A stretch of 27,822 nt of DNA from an uncultured Fibrobacterota bacterium. Lineage in GTDB: Bacteria; Fibrobacterota; Chitinivibrionia; Chitinivibrionales; CAYFVL01. The DNA lies in assembly GCA_964513105.1 (NCBI GenBank), contig CAZEMW010000001.1, positions 1 to 27,822 of the forward strand. Direction: 5' to 3'. How positions within the stretch are numbered: position 1 is the first letter of the stretch; each line of letters starts with the position of its first letter. The translations under genes and the position numbers were made by a program. Shown here one piece after another: positions 8,407 through 16,429 of the stretch. The notes below the pieces were generated by a model. It saw only the letters and a program-made list of their open reading frames with translations, did no database searches and was not told the origin of the DNA.

Positions 8407-10260
8407 TCAGGGGTTGAACGCATGGGAATCGCCGACATCGTAGTCCGGTATTGCGGTGGAGGACCTGCTCTTGGAGGGATCAAGAGTGACATCGATTCGC
8501 ACCGTATCGCCGGCGGTCACACGTATCTGGTCCGAGTACGGAAGGTATTCCGAACGCATCAACAGTAACGAGTACCCACCCGGTTTCAGGGACAGGGGGG
8601 CGGTGCTCGAAGTATTTCCGACTTTGTCTCCGTTGAGAAAAATATCCGCCGCGGGAGTGGCGTGCACAGAGAGGTACCCCAGTCTATCGAGGGCTACCGT
8701 AAGAAGCTGGGTGGTACCGTAGATCATATAGAGGTCCAGCGTATCTCCCTGATATCCGGGAGCACCGGCTCGCACCACATGATCTCCGGGAGCAAGCTCT
8801 ACTCCTCGAGAGAGAGCCCGGTTTGAGTACTCTTTGCCGTCAATTGTCACAGTCGCCCCACTCGGGAAGATTTCCATTCGGACCATCGTCGGAACTTTTT
8901 CGGGACGCGAAGGCTTTCGGGTAGACTCATTTCGGGATGTTGCAGATCGCGCGTTACTTTGGCCTCTAGGCGACCTTTTCCGAGAGGTGTTGGAAAACGT
9001 GTCGCGCTGAGATACGGAATCAATCGGAGTTCTCGGTGCAACGGCGAGTTCCCGGGCTATCATCGTTGTCCGCCAATAGTATACGCCGGCTCCAAGTGCT
9101 ACAACAAGCAGGGCAACAACCACGGATAGAACATGAACCAGAATGGGGTTTTCAGCGGATTTTATCCGAGATTTCGTCGAAATTTCCGTCTCGCTGTTCT
9201 CGGTCGGAGAAGGTACCCGAGATGTCGGTTTCGCAATGGCTTGACATACCTTCTCAATTTCCGGTATTTCTCCGACAAACTCTTTGCCTCGTGATATTAG
9301 AAAACGAGCAGATTCTCTATCCGACAGAGACAACGCGTCCTCGGCGCAACGAATATAGTACCGACCAAGAAGCTCCTGAATTCGGTTCACTGCCTCGGAA
9401 TCTCCACGCGCATAGGCAGCAACTGCCATCGTCGTATCGGGGATGCGCATCTCAAGGAACATTTTCTGAAGACAATCGATAATTGGATCAAAGGTATCCG
9501 GGCGCTCTTCGGGCTTCTTTCGCAAGTATTGATGGACCAGATCTGCCATTGCCGGGGGAGTTGTGGGTGCAACCGAATGCAGAGGTGGAGGATCTTCGTC
9601 GTGAATTTTTCGGAGGATTTCGATTGTCCGTTTGCCGGGAAACGGGTACTCACCGGATAAAATCCAATACAGAAGAATGCCCACAGAGAACATGTCGCTG
9701 CGGTATGTTGCGCGGTCAATCCCTTCGGCATGTTCGGGAGACATAAAGAGAGGAGTCCCCATGATCAGATCGGTGGTGGTATCGCCGGGAATCCTATCGA
9801 TTGCACCGGCAAGTCCGAAATCAACAACCTTAACCGCCCCTTCATGCGAAACAAGAATGTTGGCGGGCTTCACATCGCGATGTGCCACGCTGTTTCGGTG
9901 GGCGTGACGAAGTCCCCGAATTGCCTTAAGCGCTACCATTAGACCGATCTCGTGCGGCAAACCACCTTTGACAAGGTCTCTCAAGGTAATGCCGTCCACG
10001 TATTCCATGCAAATGAAAAAAGCACCGGAATCCGGCCCGAAATCGAATACGCGGATCACGTTATCGTGTGAAAGGGAGGCCGCGGCGCGGGCTTCGTTCT
10101 CAAATCGCCGAACCTGTTCGGGGCTGCCGACCAGCCTGGGAGACAGCGCTTTCAGGATTACTCGTCGATGCAGCGATTTCTGCACGGCGACGAATACCCT
10201 GCCCATGCCGCCGCGCCCTGCTTCTTTTAAGTCGGTATAGTCTCGAATTGAGAAAGCCAC
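8407..10260 (-). CDS. Membrane Hanks-type Ser/Thr protein kinase with C-terminal PEGA repeats
   Basis: GRGGMG, VILK, HRDVKPANIL, DFGLA and GTPLFMSPE; one TM helix (ILVHVLSVVVALLVVALGAGVYYW); two PEGA-like repeats (FPSGATVTIDG...LAPGDHVV; ATPAADIFLNG...LKPGGYSL). Confidence 0.93.
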   Translation of the reverse strand: MAFSIRDYTDLKEAGRGGMGRVFVAVQKSLHRRVILKALSPRLVGSPEQVRRFENEARAAASLSHDNVIRVFDFGPDSGAFFICMEYVDGITLRDLVKGGLPHEIGLMVALKAIRGLRHAHRNSVAHRDVKPANILVSHEGAVKVVDFGLAGAIDRIPGDTTTDLIMGTPLFMSPEHAEGIDRATYRSDMFSVGILLYWILSGEYPFPGKRTIEILRKIHDEDPPPLHSVAPTTPPAMADLVHQYLRKKPEERPDTFDPIIDCLQKMFLEMRIPDTTMAVAAYARGDSEAVNRIQELLGRYYIRCAEDALSLSDRESARFLISRGKEFVGEIPEIEKVCQAIAKPTSRVPSPTENSETEISTKSRIKSAENPILVHVLSVVVALLVVALGAGVYYWRTTMIARELAVAPRTPIDSVSQRDTFSNTSRKRSPRGQSNARSATSRNESTRKPSRPEKVPTMVRMEIFPSGATVTIDGKEYSNRALSRGVELAPGDHVVRAGAPGYQGDTLDLYMIYGTTQLLTVALDRLGYLSVHATPAADIFLNGDKVGNTSSTAPLSLKPGGYSLLLMRSEYLPYSDQIRVTAGDTVRIDVTLDPSKSRSSTAIPDYDVGDSHAFNP

Positions 10261-10498
10261 AATTTTCAGTCTCCACTATCCAAAGCGTTACTTAACCGCT
10301 TGAATAAGCAGTAATAGGCATCCTTTGGTATCTATCGCATAATATATGCGTTCCATCAGACATCGGTTCCTCGGACTGAACCGGTATCAGAGAGGATGCG
10401 TCCGGACGGCTCTGGATACTCAGAGCAGCCGGAGGGCAATTCGGTCCGAATATGGCCGAAACAGTGTAACTTCCGGGGGAATGGGATGAGAAACTGCA

Positions 10499-10516
10499 GT
10501 TTCCGGACAGGCGCTA
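10499..10516. repeat. Solo copy of the MITE terminal inverted repeat
   Basis: GTTTCCGGACAGGCGCTA matches GTTTCCGGACAGGCACTA at 21555-21572 at 17/18 positions. Confidence 0.6.
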
Positions 10517-10853
10517 TGTAGATTCGATAGGGGGTTGTAGATAATCCTGTCTATTATAAAATACGAATATACATGTTGTGTAGGGAATCCTGGAACAGTT
10601 TGGCTCATTTATGAACACGTTACGGGTGTCGGAGGAAAAGGCGGAAGAACTCATAGACGACCTCGGATACAAGTATTTTTTTCAACAAGCCCGCAAGGCT
10701 TTTTTGGCGTCTTGAAAATATGGTGACAAAAGCGGCTCTGGTGGCGCAGTATCAAGAACCGTTACTTTGGACACCTATCCGGAGGAATCAGAATCCAAGA
10801 GTCTTCCCGCTCTTTCATGCGGAGTCTTCAGCATCTTAAGAAAGGAACAAACC

Positions 10854-11438
10854 ATGAAACAACATGATACGGTTTCGGAATACATCGTAGTGGCAATAAT
10901 AGCGCTCTGCATCTGGGTACTCCCGTCGACGACTTCGGCGAAAACCCATAATCGGTTTGGTGGTGCGGGCATTGGTTTTCGGGCCGGTTTTGTCGATCCC
11001 GGCCCCACCGACGGAACTGTCGGATTTGGCGCCCACGCTCTGTTCGAGTGGGACTACAACCTCGCCGGTCAGGTACAATACTATCCCAATATCGATTACT
11101 GGACCAAGTCCGAACCCACTGCTCGGGATACCGTCACATACACGCAATTGCTCGTTTCGCCTCTTGAATTCAACTACCAGATACCGGTCGATCGAGAATT
11201 TCCGTTTCAAACGTATATCGGCGCGGGGATCGGATACGTATTGACGATTCAAGCTCATTCACTGGTGGGACGCCGGGACGACTCGGATCACGGGATCATG
11301 GCGAACATCTACGGGGGAGTCAAATGGAAAACCCTGAAAGTATTCGTGCCTTTCCTGGAGCTTCGGCTCTCGGTCGCCGAGAAGTCTGCCGTTAAATTAA
11401 TGGCGGGACTCACTATCCGATCTTGGAAGAATCGATAA
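10854..11438 (+). CDS. Outer-membrane beta-barrel protein (8-stranded, OmpA-like barrel)
   Basis: Signal peptide, amphipathic beta strands (GIGFRAGFV, QTYIGAGIGY, FVPFLELRL, VKLMAGLTI). RBS AAAGGA precedes ATG 10854 (ORF open from 10767). Confidence 0.7.
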   Translation: MKQHDTVSEYIVVAIIALCIWVLPSTTSAKTHNRFGGAGIGFRAGFVDPGPTDGTVGFGAHALFEWDYNLAGQVQYYPNIDYWTKSEPTARDTVTYTQLLVSPLEFNYQIPVDREFPFQTYIGAGIGYVLTIQAHSLVGRRDDSDHGIMANIYGGVKWKTLKVFVPFLELRLSVAEKSAVKLMAGLTIRSWKNR

Positions 11439-11510
11439 GGAGCATATCGGCCGCAACGGAGATTTCTCCCTCCTGAGATGTCTTTTGACATATGCAACCA
11501 TGCGTTGTCG

Positions 11511-13037
11511 TCACTGGCGTATCCACCAGAAGAGTTTCGAAAGAAGCGCCGGAACTACCAAAGGAACACGCTTGCGACTGAACGAATCCGCGGCCTGCTT
11601 AACCGCTTCGGCCAGCGTCGGGTAAGGATGAATTGTCCCAGCAAGTCTTTTCATACCGAGTTTCTGTTGTACGGCCAGGGTCAGTTCGTTAATCATTTCC
11701 CCTGCATGGGATGCTACAATCGTTGCTCCCACTATTCTGTCGCTTTTGGAGCTTAGGTGAATCAGAACTATACCCTTCTGCTCTTCACCGTCAAGTAGCG
11801 CGCGATCCAGTTCGCTGAAATCCGCGGTAAATGTATCCACTCCAATGCCCTGCGCCTCGGCTTCCGCCCGAGTGAAACCCGTGTGTGCAATTTCGGGGTC
11901 AGTATACGTACACCACGGAACCCGGTACTCATTGAACGGTGTTTTCCCTGGAAAGAGGGCGTTTCGGAGTGCGGTACGTGCCGAGGCATCGGCGCTGTGA
12001 GTGAACTTGCGTCGAAGGCAACAATCTCCGGCTGCATAAACATTCGGATTCGAAGTCCGCAGGTAGTCGTCGACGACTACTCCTCTTTTCTCATCGAAGG
12101 CAATATCGGCCCGATCCAGACCTCGGTTTTTGACATTTGGTCTTCGTCCCGCGGCAATCAGTATTTCATCAACGGTGATCTCCCGGGATTCTCCCGATTG
12201 TGAGTATCGAATGACTTTCCCCATTTCGGTTCCTTGAATTTCATCAACCGCCACGCCGGTTTCAATCGCTATTCCTTCCGACTTCAGGACTCTTGTGAGC
12301 ATATCCCCCGCTTCCTGATCGTCCCGAGGAACTAAACCGCTACCTGCTTCAAGTATGGTGACGCTGCTTCCAAGACGTTGGAAAGCCTGCGCAAGTTCGC
12401 ATCCCAATGGTCCGCCCCCGATTACCGCGAGGCGTGACGGTCCGGCGGTAAGGGAGAACGCTGTTTCGTTGGTAAGATACCCCGCTTCTTCAAGCCCTGT
12501 GATCGGAGGGACCGAAGGGCGTGAGCCGGTTGCCAGAATGGCCTTTTTGAAACGCAATTCAGTGGTACCGTCTACCGCTATGCTGTCGCGCGAGGTGAAC
12601 ATGCCGGTACCGATAAAAACATCGACCCCCATTTCTTTGAATCGGCGCGCCGAATCGTGTTCGCTAATCCGAGCTCGCAGTTTCCGCATCCGCTCCATTG
12701 CGGCTTTGAAATCAGGCTGCGGGGCGAGATCGGCGGAAAAGCCGAAAGAGGAAGCATTCCGGATTTCCGACCACACTCGGGCGGCCCGAATTAGGGCCTT
12801 GGACGGAACGCACCCGGAATTCAGGCAATCTCCACCCATCAGACGATTTTCTACCAGAGCAACTCGAGCTCCCAGCATCGCGGCGCCGGCAGCCGAAACC
12901 AGACCGGCGGTTCCCGCGCCCAATACGACCAGATTATATCGCCTGGCGGGGGCCGGGTTTTCCCAGTCGGATGGGTGTGCATTTCGCAGCAAAGCATCGT
13001 TGAACTGATCGGCAGGCCCGATTTGTACTGATTCCAT
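11511..13037 (-). CDS. Class-I pyridine nucleotide-disulfide oxidoreductase (LpdA/MerA-like, lacking MerA cysteines)
   Basis: GAGTAG, redox motif GGDCLNSGCVPSK, IGGGPLG, AAGD and HPYPT. No C-terminal CC pair. ORF open from 13055. Confidence 0.88.
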   Translation of the reverse strand: MESVQIGPADQFNDALLRNAHPSDWENPAPARRYNLVVLGAGTAGLVSAAGAAMLGARVALVENRLMGGDCLNSGCVPSKALIRAARVWSEIRNASSFGFSADLAPQPDFKAAMERMRKLRARISEHDSARRFKEMGVDVFIGTGMFTSRDSIAVDGTTELRFKKAILATGSRPSVPPITGLEEAGYLTNETAFSLTAGPSRLAVIGGGPLGCELAQAFQRLGSSVTILEAGSGLVPRDDQEAGDMLTRVLKSEGIAIETGVAVDEIQGTEMGKVIRYSQSGESREITVDEILIAAGRRPNVKNRGLDRADIAFDEKRGVVVDDYLRTSNPNVYAAGDCCLRRKFTHSADASARTALRNALFPGKTPFNEYRVPWCTYTDPEIAHTGFTRAEAEAQGIGVDTFTADFSELDRALLDGEEQKGIVLIHLSSKSDRIVGATIVASHAGEMINELTLAVQQKLGMKRLAGTIHPYPTLAEAVKQAADSFSRKRVPLVVPALLSKLFWWIRQ

Positions 13038-13109
13038 GTAAAAACCCTTCTCCATGCTTCATTTTCCAAACCATCTCTAGTTTGCAACTCGCATGCCGAG
13101 CGTGTCTGT

Positions 13110-13245
13110 GCAGCTTCGTCTCCCGCATAGTGGAGTCTCTTCGCCCTTTAATTTTCCTTCCGCAGCTCCGTCCCCGCATAATGGAATCTGCTTGATGTTT
13201 CCTCTTCGATCTTTGATCTTCCTTCCGCAGCTTCATCCCCGCAAA
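13110..13245 (+). repeat. Three degenerate direct copies of the GCAGCTCCGTCCCC(GCA) repeat
   Basis: GCAGCTTCGTCTCCCGCATA (13110), TTCCTTCCGCAGCTCCGTCCCCGCATAA (core 13162-13175), TTCCTTCCGCAGCTTCATCCCCGCAAAA (core 13227-13240). Located in a divergent intergenic region. Confidence 0.8.
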
Positions 13246-13321
13246 ACGGCCATATGGGCATGAAAATTGCGCTTTATTCATGCATCTTTCCCCCTCTGCC
13301 GTTCTCAGAAAGGGTTATGTA

Positions 13322-15448
13322 ATGGCATTTTGCGGCAATCACGATCCCGGCTCGCTTCATCGGCGAGCGGGGGCAATTGCTTCGCTGCGTCCGGGGTTGC
13401 TTCAGGGATGGAGTGGGCCGTCTGTTTGTGTATTTGATCGTGCCGGAGAAATCGCCCCTGAGAAACGTACCGGACTCTACTTCCACGGAGTCCGATTCCT
13501 GAGTCGTCTGAAACTCTATTTCCGCGGTGAGCCGCCGTACGTATGTTCCGCCGCATGCACGGGACCAAACAGGATCGAGTTCTCACTGATTTATCCCGAA
13601 GTTGCCGGCGGGGGAACGGGGGGAAGTGGGTCTGGAATGATTCATAGTCGGGACGGCCTCCTTGAGAGAGGGCTCAGTGCGGTATTAACCTACACGGTGC
13701 GCCCCGCCGGCATCGATATCGATTTACGAATACTGAATGCCTGGAATGAGAAAGCGGTATTCACCACCACTTGGGAATTAGACGCGGATTTCGAGCATAT
13801 TCAGGCGGTGGATGACGGTCGGCGGGTTGGAGAGAAAAAGGTTCGTGTCGAGCGCGAAGACCGGGGACTTATCTTTCGAAGTAATCGGGGGAGTGTCGCG
13901 ACCCGCATCGGATGCCGAGGCTCGCGAACCCGAAGCAGATCGAATCGACTCATTACCCGGTGGGAAATTCCCCGGGGAGAAACGGTCGTTCAACATTTGA
14001 CCGTACGCGCATCCGATCCCGCCGACTCCATGACCGAGCCCGAACAGCGAACGCGGGAGCTTCGAAGAGAACAGAATCGCAGGAGGTCGGCGTTCTTCGA
14101 ATCCGGTGACGGGGTGGCGCATTTATTCAACGAAGCGCTCGACCTTGTCGGTGCATCGGCGGGGCTTCATGGGACTCCGGATGAATGGCTCGCCCCGACT
14201 GCGGGGTATCCACTCTATCCGTTTTTGTTCGGCCGGGATTCCTTGACCGCAAGCTGGATGGTCGCCCTGTTCGACAACGCCCGGATGCTTGAGCATACCT
14301 TGACAAAGCTTGGTAGAATTCAGGGACACCGCATTGATCCGGTTCGAGACGAGGAACCCGGACGGATTATTCAGCAGGCGCGCATGGGTTCGGGAGACCG
14401 CTCAGGCCCCGCACCGTTCTCCCGGTATTATGCCGATTATGCCTCACCGCTCATGTATGTCATATCGATAGCCTATCTGTACGCTTGCTCCGGACAACTG
14501 TCCACGGTTCGCAAACATTGGGGGGCATGCCGAAGAATTCTCGATTGGGCGGAGCGTTTTGGCGACCGAGACGGCGACGGATATCTGGAATACAAAACAG
14601 AGTCCCGGTACGGGCCGCGAAATCAGGGTTGGAAGGACAGTGAAAATGCCGTGGTATACGAGGACGGTACTCTGGTGCCGCCACCGGTTGCTACGTGTGA
14701 ACTGCAGGGCTACTACTATGCCGCACTTCAATCGGCCGCTTTCTTTTCGTTTCTTCAGAAAGAGTTTAGCCGTGGATGGACATATCTCAAGAAGGCACGC
14801 CTTCTGAAGAAACGGTTCAACCGTGACTTCTGGTTGGAGGGTGAGGGGTTTATCGGATTTGGGCTTGACGCTCAAAAACGGGTTATCAGTGTTCGGACGT
14901 CAAATGTCGGCCACTGTCTGGCGGCCGGCATACTAGAAGAAAACAAAATCCCTCGTGTGGTTGAGATGCTGTTTTCCGACGACATGTATTCCGGGTGGGG
15001 AATTCGAACGCTCTCATCGACACACCCGTCGTACAATCCACTGAGCTATCATCTGGGTAGCGTCTGGCCGGTTGAGAACGCCACCATTGCTTTGGGGTTG
15101 CGACGCTATGGATTTGTCGAACAAGCTCTGCGGCTCGTGAAGAACAATGTTGAATTGTCCAGGCTTTGGGCCAACAACTGGGTACCGGAATGCATTGGCG
15201 GGTACGATCGACGGACCCATCATCATCCGGGAGCCTATCCTCGTGCAAACGCGCCTCAGGTCTGGAATGCCGCTGCATATGGCTTGTTCGGCCAGGTTTT
15301 GCTCGGGATGCAGCCGGTTGCCCCATTAGGGACTCTCTTTGTCGATCCGAAACTTCCCGAGTGGCTTCCCGAACTGGTCGTGAGAAATCTTACGGTGGGA
15401 GGAGCAGTCATGGATATCGCTTTTCATCGGACGCGGACGGGTGGATAA
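13322..15448 (+). CDS. Amylo-alpha-1,6-glucosidase / glycogen-debranching-enzyme family (GDE_N plus (alpha/alpha)6 barrel), probably truncated by a premature TAA
   Basis: AGYPLYPFLFGRDSL, RDEEPGRI, DGDGYLEY, NQGWKDS, SGWGIRTLS, YHLGSVWP and PQVW. The frame continues 40 codons past TAA to TGA at 15569-15571. ORF open from 13280. Confidence 0.85.
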   Translation: MAFCGNHDPGSLHRRAGAIASLRPGLLQGWSGPSVCVFDRAGEIAPEKRTGLYFHGVRFLSRLKLYFRGEPPYVCSAACTGPNRIEFSLIYPEVAGGGTGGSGSGMIHSRDGLLERGLSAVLTYTVRPAGIDIDLRILNAWNEKAVFTTTWELDADFEHIQAVDDGRRVGEKKVRVEREDRGLIFRSNRGSVATRIGCRGSRTRSRSNRLITRWEIPRGETVVQHLTVRASDPADSMTEPEQRTRELRREQNRRRSAFFESGDGVAHLFNEALDLVGASAGLHGTPDEWLAPTAGYPLYPFLFGRDSLTASWMVALFDNARMLEHTLTKLGRIQGHRIDPVRDEEPGRIIQQARMGSGDRSGPAPFSRYYADYASPLMYVISIAYLYACSGQLSTVRKHWGACRRILDWAERFGDRDGDGYLEYKTESRYGPRNQGWKDSENAVVYEDGTLVPPPVATCELQGYYYAALQSAAFFSFLQKEFSRGWTYLKKARLLKKRFNRDFWLEGEGFIGFGLDAQKRVISVRTSNVGHCLAAGILEENKIPRVVEMLFSDDMYSGWGIRTLSSTHPSYNPLSYHLGSVWPVENATIALGLRRYGFVEQALRLVKNNVELSRLWANNWVPECIGGYDRRTHHHPGAYPRANAPQVWNAAAYGLFGQVLLGMQPVAPLGTLFVDPKLPEWLPELVVRNLTVGGAVMDIAFHRTRTGG

Positions 15449-15614
15449 AGGTTTGAAGTATTGCGCAAAACCGGCCGGCTTCACGTGTTGCGACAACCGG
15501 CGGTGAATTCGCTGTCCGATTCACCCCTTTCCCGGCTGCTCTCCCTTATGACGGGAATCGTTCGGGGGTGAGGAGGCATTCATCGTAATCTCTTTCACGA
15601 CGTGAGCAATTCGT

Positions 15615-16373
15615 ATGGTATCGATCATTGTTCCTGCATACAACGAAGCCGAATATCACCAGGACGCTCTGCAGTCGATTGACGATCATCACGGTTCGGT
15701 CCCCTGCGAAATTCTCGTTGTTGACGGAGGATGCACCGATTCTAACCAGGGATTGCCGCGGGATCAGGGTTCGGGTGCTAAACGGACCGTGTCACCGTGC
15801 ACGGCAGATGAACCCGGGAGCGGATCATGCACGTGGTGACATTCTCTGGTTTCTGTTCAGTCATGTACGCGTGCCTTCGGGGGCCCTTGATGAAATAGAG
15901 CGTGTGATCATTGACTGGGGGTTCGACGGAGGAGGGTTTTCAAACGAGTTTACGCGTCATACCACCGTCATCAAGACCGTCGGTCGTATTCTGGATTTCC
16001 GTATCCGAGATTTGGACAAAAACCCCAATTGCACGCGATTCTTTGGAGATAACGGCATCTTTGTTCGGAGAAACGTTTTTGCGCGTCTGGGCGGCTTCGC
16101 CGAGGTCCCTCTTTTCGAGGATCTGAATTCTCTGAACGCCTGGATCGTAATTTCCTATCGCTACGGATTATCGATCCGCGTTTGAAGGTAGAACCGCGGC
16201 GTCTCGAGCGCAATGGTATCGTTCAGACACAAATTCAATGGTTGCTTCTTCAGCGTCTGTATCGTCTCGGAGTCAAGCCCGAAGCACTGGCAGGTTCATA
16301 CTCGTTGTGGAACGGCGCAAAAGTTGATACCGGGGCATCCGAGAAAAGCGACAACTTCTTCACGGGGAGGTAG
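15615..16373 (+). pseudogene. Frameshifted TIGR04283-like family 2 glycosyltransferase
   Basis: Conserved segments lie in different frames: SIIVPAYNE...EILVVDGGCTD; RARQMNPGA..ARGDILWFL...FGDNGIFVRR.VF..LGGF..VPLFED; RRLERNG...LYRLGV. The family HAD motif reads FSH. Confidence 0.85.
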
Positions 16374-16429
16374 CATGCAATCGCTTCTGTTTCCATGCTA
16401 CTCGGTATTCTCAGTACATGTAGTTCCGA

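Noticed and set aside
11511-13055. Mercuric reductase (merA) call
   Set aside because: No C-terminal Cys-Cys pair, no N-terminal HMA domain, and no mer operon genes nearby.
13110-13245. Possible CRISPR array from the triple repeat
   Set aside because: Only three degenerate, unequal units with irregular spacing, no cas genes, and the same motif is dispersed elsewhere.
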